64,000 nt of DNA. It comes from the human T2T-CHM13v2.0 reference genome, Homo sapiens. The position numbers and the translations under genes were made by a program. The first letter of the stretch is position 1. The number at the start of each line of letters is the position of its first letter. Positions 56,601 through 64,000 of the stretch are shown piece by piece. The DNA is taken from the NCBI RefSeq assembly GCF_009914755.1, contig NC_060928.1; one strand, written 5' to 3'. Under the pieces are notes generated by a model. It made no database searches. It saw nothing but the letters and a program-made list of their open reading frames with translations, and was not told the DNA's origin.

Positions 56601-57308
56601 TATCTTATTTAAAATTACCACCTCTTACTGTGTAAGCATGAGCACAAACTCAAATTGCTTTCCATCATAACTAAATGCAATGCAAGCTTATCAATTATAC
56701 TCCAGATTGGGAGAAAAAGTGAAATAAAAGGCATTATTGGGATAATTCATAAAATTTGCATATGAACTATATATGTTAATAGTTTTCTCTATCAGCAGTA
56801 ACTTCACTGAATTTGATAATTGCATAGTAGTTATTTAGGGGAATGCCCTTTTGTTTAAGAAAATAAATGGAAGCATTTATAAGTGAAGAGAAACTAAAAG
56901 ATTCAGAAATCTAGATAAAAAGTATACAGATATTGTGTCTATTGTTAGCATTCCACTATATATTTCACATTATTTTCAAATGGAGACTTAAAAAGTTAAT
57001 CTATCTTGACCCATGTTACTCTCTGTCTTTCTTCTTCATCATGGCCAGACTTAATAATTGGTTTGTCTATATTTGCTATTTCATCACTTACTTTTCATGT
57101 TGTTGTAATATAGATTTTATCACCAGGGTTCTATTGAAACTTAACAATTATTACCTTATTGATATACTCTGCCTCAATTATTATTCGATCTATAAGTTGA
57201 TTATCAGAGCAGCAAATGGTGAATTTGCTGCTTTTCAAGTCAAGGAAAAGCACAAGAAAAATCATGCTTATTTAATGGTTTCCAATACATGAGACAGTTA
57301 AAGAAATC

Positions 57309-57747
57309 TGTGTTAGAGTTCTCTGGGGAAACAACCAATAGGGGTGTGTGTGGGCGGGGGGGGAGGGGGTGGTGTACAGAGAGAGAGAGACTTATTTTAA
57401 ATAATTGGTTCCTGTGACTATGTGGGGTGGCAAATATAAAATCTGCAGACCAGGTTAGAACGATGGAGACATAGGAGAGAATTGATGTGTTGTGAGTTCA
57501 AAGGCAATCTGGAGGCAGAATTTCTTCTTTCATAGGGGACTGAAGGCTTTCTCCCCCAATACCCTCAGTTTAAGGATGAAGATGAGACCCACCCACATTA
57601 TGGAGAGTAATCTGCTTTACTCAAACTTTACTGACTTAAATGTTAATCACATCTAAAAAATTCCTTCACAGCAACATCTAAACTGGTATTTGACCAAACA
57701 TCTGGGCATCATAGCCTAGCCAAGTTGAAACAAAAAATTCCATCGCA
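57309..57747 (-). mobile_element. MLT2 (ERVL) solo LTR
   Basis: tgtgttagagttctc..gaaacaaccaatagg, TG/GA tract, gagacccacccacattatggagagtaatctgctttactcaa and cctagccaagttga. Confidence 0.85.
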
Positions 57748-59911
57748 AAGGTAAGAGTTTATATCTAATCTTGTGGGAAAGATATTTTATTTTAGGTAGA
57801 TTTGAGGGGATGAGAATGACTTCAATATGTATTTGTACCACTACAATAAATAAAAGCCCAAGCATTTCTTTCATGAATTGTTATTTTCAGTTTTGGGTTA
57901 AAGTGTTTTTTTCTTATCTTACTAAATTTCTGAAGATTAACACATTTTCAGTTTGGTATATGTAATTTTATATCAGTATTCAGTGTATAGGGAATTAGCA
58001 ACTTATTTTCACTTCTCCAGTGGGAAAAATTAAATGTTCTATACAGTATCAGGTGATAATTAACATAAATCCAGTAGAATTACATTATTTCCATTTGATT
58101 CCCATTTTTGAAATAAAAAATTTCTTATAGTTTCTGACTTAAATGCTTTGTTCTTATTGAAATTCTAACAGGTTATGTTTAAAAACTGCTACATATTTAA
58201 GTTAAATTCACTCAAGTTATCAATGTACCAATTTAATAGGAATAAGTCTTTTAAATTACATTTTTACTAGCAGGAAAGCAAGAGCCATCAACCAGAAAAA
58301 TGACATTCTAATAATACGTAAACAATAGACTTAGAAAAATATCAAACAATTGTAACTATGTTAAGATCAGTTTTAAATTCCCAGTTTAAAAAAATGAAAA
58401 ATAAATGCATAATACTTAGCAAAAATTTTAAGATGTTCAAGAAAGTTTATGCTCTCTTGGCAATTTTCATTTTTAGAAAACAAATAATTCTCAATTATGG
58501 ATGTAATCATCAAATAATTTATTTTCTCTCCTTTTCATCATCTTTATTATTAAAATGGAGCTTTTATTTTGCAGATGCTGATGCTGTATGAGAGGTTAGG
58601 AGATTTAAACTCCACTCTAATGGAAATGACCCATGGAGATAGGTGCTGAAGTTTTTGGTCTCAATAGCTGTCTCTAGGCTAAAATGTCTTAGCTCTACGT
58701 TGCCGTTCTTTGAGATACTAGTGTCTTGTGTTTATAGATTAAATAGCTTGGCTGTATAAGTACTGACCAAAAACGTATTAGCTTTTCCATAGACTCTGAA
58801 TATAAAATACATTTAGCGACTGCTTCAGTGTTCACATAGAAGTAAAGTTATTTTTAAATTAACCTTTGTATGTTTTTCCAGCCTTAATGTCTTTATATGA
58901 GTTCAAGATGATGAACAGTCTTGGTATAACGTGAAATCATTTGTGAATTTGGATAAGAGCAGTATATGCCTATTCAAAAATATTATTCTAGGTATCTATT
59001 ATATAACATGGTTACAGTATAAAGCTTTTTGTTGTTACTCTATACAGCTAAAACTCATGAAATACTCAATTACAGTTGTTAGTTAAATCAACAAAAGCAC
59101 TCTAGAAACACTGCCAATTAGCTTGCTCAGATAAGTTTTAATTTGCATGTAAAGGATGTTAGTTAAATGTCAATTGCTTCCTCAAGATGAATTATTGCTA
59201 TTTCTCTGTAGTTAACTCGAAAACATGTTGCAAGAATTTTGAGAGAATTTTGTTTAGACAGTAAGTCAACTGCATCTATTCAACCTCTTTTTTTTAGATT
59301 TAGCAAAGTGAGCCAATAATTGTGTCTTTTATTAAATTTTAATCAAATATTTAATTGCAATTTTATGTTATTGTGAAAACATATGGCATATGATCTAGTA
59401 TTCAGATTAGTATTAATAACTACATTTTTGTTGCTGATTTTCAAATATTTGTTACATGTAGAAAAAAATGGGATTTCTGTCTGCCTAATGACATTTTTTG
59501 AGTTAGTAAACATTTTATTAGAAACAAATACTGAAAATTTCCATAGTACAAGGAGGGTAAAATGTTCATTGTCTTCTTGAAAGGTCTAGACAGAAATCCT
59601 AAGACTACAGATTAATATCATACAATTGAAGATGTTTAAAACTATGTGATCTCTAGCATTGTTCTGTGTTTTGAATATAATTATCCTGTGTACATTGATC
59701 TTGCAAGCTGAAATAGTAATAATATTAGAAAAGCCAATCAATAATTATATTAAAATCTGAGATTTGCTAAGATGAAGATGTAAAGTTCTCTGGTCTGTTA
59801 TAATTGTAAATCACTCTTTATACATTTTTATTATACTTATACCCACCTCTGTTACAGAAACCACATTTTTTTTCCCTTCAACCCCTTGGCTTGTGGTTAA
59901 TTGGTGCTTGA

Positions 59912-60228
<317 letters not shown>

Positions 60229-60829
60229 TTATAGCTGAAAAGAATAGTGAAATATTTTTCTCTTCCACAAAAATACTTCTGAATATTGCTTTCAAAAACA
60301 AACTTTCACAAAACTAGTTTTTGCCTCCTACCGTTGTTAATTGATTCAACAAGTACTTATTGAACACAAATGAGGTCAAAATCTATTATGGCATCTATTA
60401 AAAACTGTTATTGGCTAATATCCACAGGACAAAAAGATAAAAAATAAAGTGTTTTAAAAAATTCTGCCCTATCTATTGCATTTTCTGACCTGGATTTTGT
60501 GTTGGTGTATGTAAATATATATGTATTTATTAACAGCGACACTTCACTAAATGAATTTGGAGTGCTTATAAACTTAGGAGTGCAAATTCCAAAATTGTGT
60601 TATATTCATTTAGCAACAACAAAAAACAGCACACTAGTTCTAGTTTTGGAGGAACCAGATGCAGTTTCTAATACAAATTTTATATTGAAAAATATTATGA
60701 GATATTTTACCTGCACTTATTTAATAATTATTAAATGTATCTAATACATTTAAGTTTTTATTAAGTATGCTACAAATAATATAAACTGATAAAAAGTGAT
60801 GGCCAGTATCTTGAGAAATTCCTGAGACT

Positions 60830-60921
60830 TGTGTGTTTACATTCGTGTGTATGAGTGTGTGTAAGAGTGTTCATGAATATGTGAAAGTGTGTGTGTTTGT
60901 GTGTGTATGTGTGTATGTGTG
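60830..60921. repeat. Degenerate (TG)n tract
   Basis: Read directly. Confidence 0.8.
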
Positions 60922-62534
60922 TAAGGATGTTGATAAGGAGTGACCTTGGGTTAGTTACATAGCCCATTTAGTGAAGCGAGCTATCTTTTATATGACAATT
61001 AATCCTTATGTTCTGGATAATATTATACCACTATTAGAATTCAATTATTAAGTAATTATGAGAAGAAATCATTCTTCTGTTTGAGATGTGAGGGTATGAA
61101 AAAGCTCAGACTTTAAAAAAATGTTAAGTCATTGCAGAAATGCTTAACATTTCTGTGTTTCTTTTATTTATTTATTTTTTGCTTTCTTTGGCTCAGAGTA
61201 GATTGGTTTCATCTCTTAAGTATATAATGGGAGTGCTTTTCCTAAATACCTTTTGACTATTCTTCCTCACCTATAGCTTTACCAATTGGTAAAGAAAAAT
61301 AAATTATTTGTAAGTCTTCAGAAACATTGGGCTGTTGATAAATTGCAAAGAGCAATACCCTCAGATCTTTCTACAGGCAGTGAATGAGTAATGTGGATAT
61401 GAAATATCACTGTAAAAATTACCAAAAATATTATTTTCATAGAAACCAACGTTTTTGAGACTCTGAATGCTTTTAACTCCTATGTTAGAATACATATTTT
61501 CATAAATATTCCCAGAATCCTTGAGTCAGCTTTCTAAAATCCACCTTTCAGCCTGCCCAGGCAGTCACTTTTATTCAGAACATAACTTCTTAGAAGGAAT
61601 GAGGAGACAATTAATCCTGAAGTGAATTCTTTAATACTAGAGAAGGTGAAAAGAATACAACTTAGCACAAGTCAACTAGTTGTGAATTATAGGAAATATA
61701 GTTCTATATTATTATTACTCTGTGTTTGAGACTTTCTTTTACAAAAAGAATCTATAATTTGAGAGGAGTTTTCTGTAGAATCATAGCAAGCCTTCATTTT
61801 TTAAAAATATTTCCCATTCTTAGTTTTTTTCTTCTAGATAATAGAATTAAAAGCAAATGTTTGTAGAGTGTGACAAATAGCAAACAAATTTATGTAAAAT
61901 TAAGTAAAATTGGTTGCTTGGAATCAAGCAACAAAAATAGTTGACCTAATTTCAAATTTCTCAATTGACATTGGTTTGTGCACTAATTGCTTAAAACAGA
62001 TATATCTGCAGATAGTTTCATCCTTAAAAGGAATATTGTTTGCAATTATGTATGATGCTTTGAATCATATTAAACAAAGATATTAAAACATGATGCCATC
62101 CAAATGTTGGTTGGCTATTCTGTCTCCTCCATACACACTTTTTTACATAATTGTAGTACAAATATTCCTAACCTCAGTAATCTAGAGCACTCAAATATAG
62201 GTCAAACCACATCTAGTAACACTGAAAAAAATCCTTTTAATTTCCTTTAATTTTTGTTGTGGTGGGAAGTAAAATAGGTTACTATAACCCCTTACTTTTG
62301 GTTCTCTGCTTGCTTTATTTCATTCTTATTATTTTTTTAAAAGTTCAGGTGCAATTTATATACGATAAAAAATAAAATGCTAAAATGGAAACTCAAAGTA
62401 TACAAAAAAGAAAACACACAGTTCTAAGTGTTCTATTTGATGAATTTTGCTAATTCCATGGAAATGTGAAACTTACAAAAGAAAAAAATAAAGCAAAGAA
62501 TGATGGAGAACATTTCATCACTAAAGTTCCCCAG

Positions 62535-62883
62535 TGTAAGGGAAATGGCTGCACTTTAGTCAGGAGTAGGCCAAGGCAGGCTTCTGATGTGGCATGACTC
62601 AGCAGGTTTGGAGCACAGGTGCACAACTCTGCACATTATGTAACCACTCCATGTGAGGCGCATTATGTAACCACTCACATGACCTCGCACTTGGCTCGGA
62701 GCCACTATTGTCTGTAAAAGGTATAACTACCCTGCTGATGCTGTACATACGGATGGCTTGCTTGCTCCCAGAGAGAGAACAAAGCCATGTTGAAACTTCT
62801 TACAATTCCTCAAGTGTTCTTTCAGCTGTCTGCCACTTGTCTACCCACTCCCTTCGGTCCTCAGCTTGGGTTGGAATCTGACA
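62535..62883 (+). mobile_element. LTR18A-like 5' LTR of a HERV-S (HERVL18) provirus
   Basis: tgtaag...tgaca, ~350 bp, with TGACTCA (62595) and ATTATGTAAC (62635, 62662). Followed by a tRNA-Ser PBS. Confidence 0.8.
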
Positions 62884-64000
62884 CTTGGTGTGACACTTGA
62901 CATAGTCGACAGGATGCCAAAGTGAGTGAGCCTTTGGCCCCTGTTGATTCCAGGTCAGCCATGTGGCCACAACATGGATTGTGGTACTTGGATAGGCTGT
63001 GCTTACAAGCATCTGTGCTGCTTGGATGGGCTCTGGTGGAAACCTGGGTGGTGGTAGGTGGGTCCCCCACAAGCATGGAGAAGGCACTGAAGCAGCTGGA
63101 AGCACAGAGCATCGAGAAGGAGCCAGCCTTTGCCAGCAGTTGGTTGGGCATTTGTGACTGTGCTGCAGGAATTGCCTGCTTAGTCCCTAAGGGGTCCCGC
63201 GGGGAGGTGTGGGAATTAAAGAAACAGTGTTACCAGCGTCCAGGAAACCCCTGCCCACCTGGATGCTTTGTCTGTGAAACGAGGGGGCAGATTGTATATG
63301 CTGTTCCACCTCTGAGATGGAAAAGCTGGCCTCTATCACAACTCATCCCTTCTTTCGTCAGTGGCTGCAAGTAAGTAGCTGGCTGGAACAAGGGCAAGGT
63401 GACCACACCCTGACTGAGAGGCTATGGGCAACCACAGGAACTGTGAACGATGCCGGTGAAATACTCAAAACTGTCAGTAGATGGCAGTCGTATACAGACT
63501 TGGTGCAAGTCATTCAGGAGAAGGGTAATGCTGCATGACCAGGTCCCTCCCGGGAGTTCCAGTTCAAAGATTATTTGCTGCAGCTGGGCGCGGGTGTAGA
63601 GCTTTTTCTATTTGATTAAGGAACTGGCCAAGGTGACCAGCTTAGAAAAACACCGGACGACTGGAGGCCACATGTGAAATTAGCAATCCACTTGTCCCCC
63701 ACCAACATACGGCAAGTGCTGGCACTGGTAGACACTAGCACAGATACATTCTATGGGTGGACATTCTACATGGCTTGGCAGCTGACCCATTTATCACGGA
63801 CTTGATGGACCACTTTATGATGAAATTGGAACAGTACCACTATAGTAGAACAATAGTGGCCACATAGTGGCCAATGCATTCTTCTCAATTGACATTGCTC
63901 TAGAGAGCCAGAAATAGCTTTCCTTCATGGAACGATGACAATGGACTTTCACAGTGTTGCCGCAGGGCTATATGCATAGCCTCACTATATGTCATGGTCT
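62884..64000 (+). mobile_element. HERV-S-like internal region, internally deleted gag-pro-RT remnants (runs off the window)
   Basis: Gag-like MWPQHGLWY...EKALKQLEAQ; protease-like VLALVDTS (D at 63731); RT ANAFFSI...QWTFTVLPQGYMHS (63870-63998) with in-frame stops. Confidence 0.88.
62898..62915 (+). promoter_or_regulatory. Primer-binding site complementary to tRNA-Ser
   Basis: tgacatagtcgacaggat versus TGGCGTAGTCGGCAGGAT (15/18; all differences G>A). Confidence 0.85.

Noticed and set aside
56933-57292. 119-aa hydrophobic ORF and similar F/L/I-rich ORFs (29266, 47647, 49572)
   Set aside because: Composition reflects T-rich DNA; no domain or exon structure is evident.
62922-63374. 150-aa ORF as a domesticated gag gene
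   Set aside because: Starts at GTG. Only the first part resembles HERV-S Gag before an apparent frameshift or deletion, and downstream pol has stops.

Overview
AT-rich, repeat-dense primate nuclear DNA (Alu, L1, L2, THE1/MLT MaLR and ERV LTRs) with no conventional protein-coding gene; the long ORFs in the track are repeat-derived or chance. The main non-TE feature is a ~3.85 kb old nuclear mitochondrial insertion (NUMT, ~1477-5315): control region, tRNA-Phe, 12S, tRNA-Val and an almost complete, degraded 16S. It holds an intact 24-aa humanin-like ORF and a 44-nt stretch that match, from recall, MTRNR2L13 and MIR1973. That suggests human 4q26 or a great-ape orthologue, which I have not verified by search. 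The NUMT also keeps a MOTS-c-like ORF and a perfect CpG-dense 8 x 18-bp array between CSB1 and CSB2, where modern human mtDNA has no such array. Elsewhere there are two full-length THE1 elements in inverted orientation and a ~0.5 kb inverted repeat whose identity peaks in the centre (52.1-55.5 kb). There are also a 121-bp templated inverted copy of L1 sequence, several small templated or tandem duplications, and the start of an internally deleted LTR18/HERV-S provirus at the right edge. Repeat subfamily names and all comparisons with human mtDNA or repeat consensuses come from memory; identities are manual counts.
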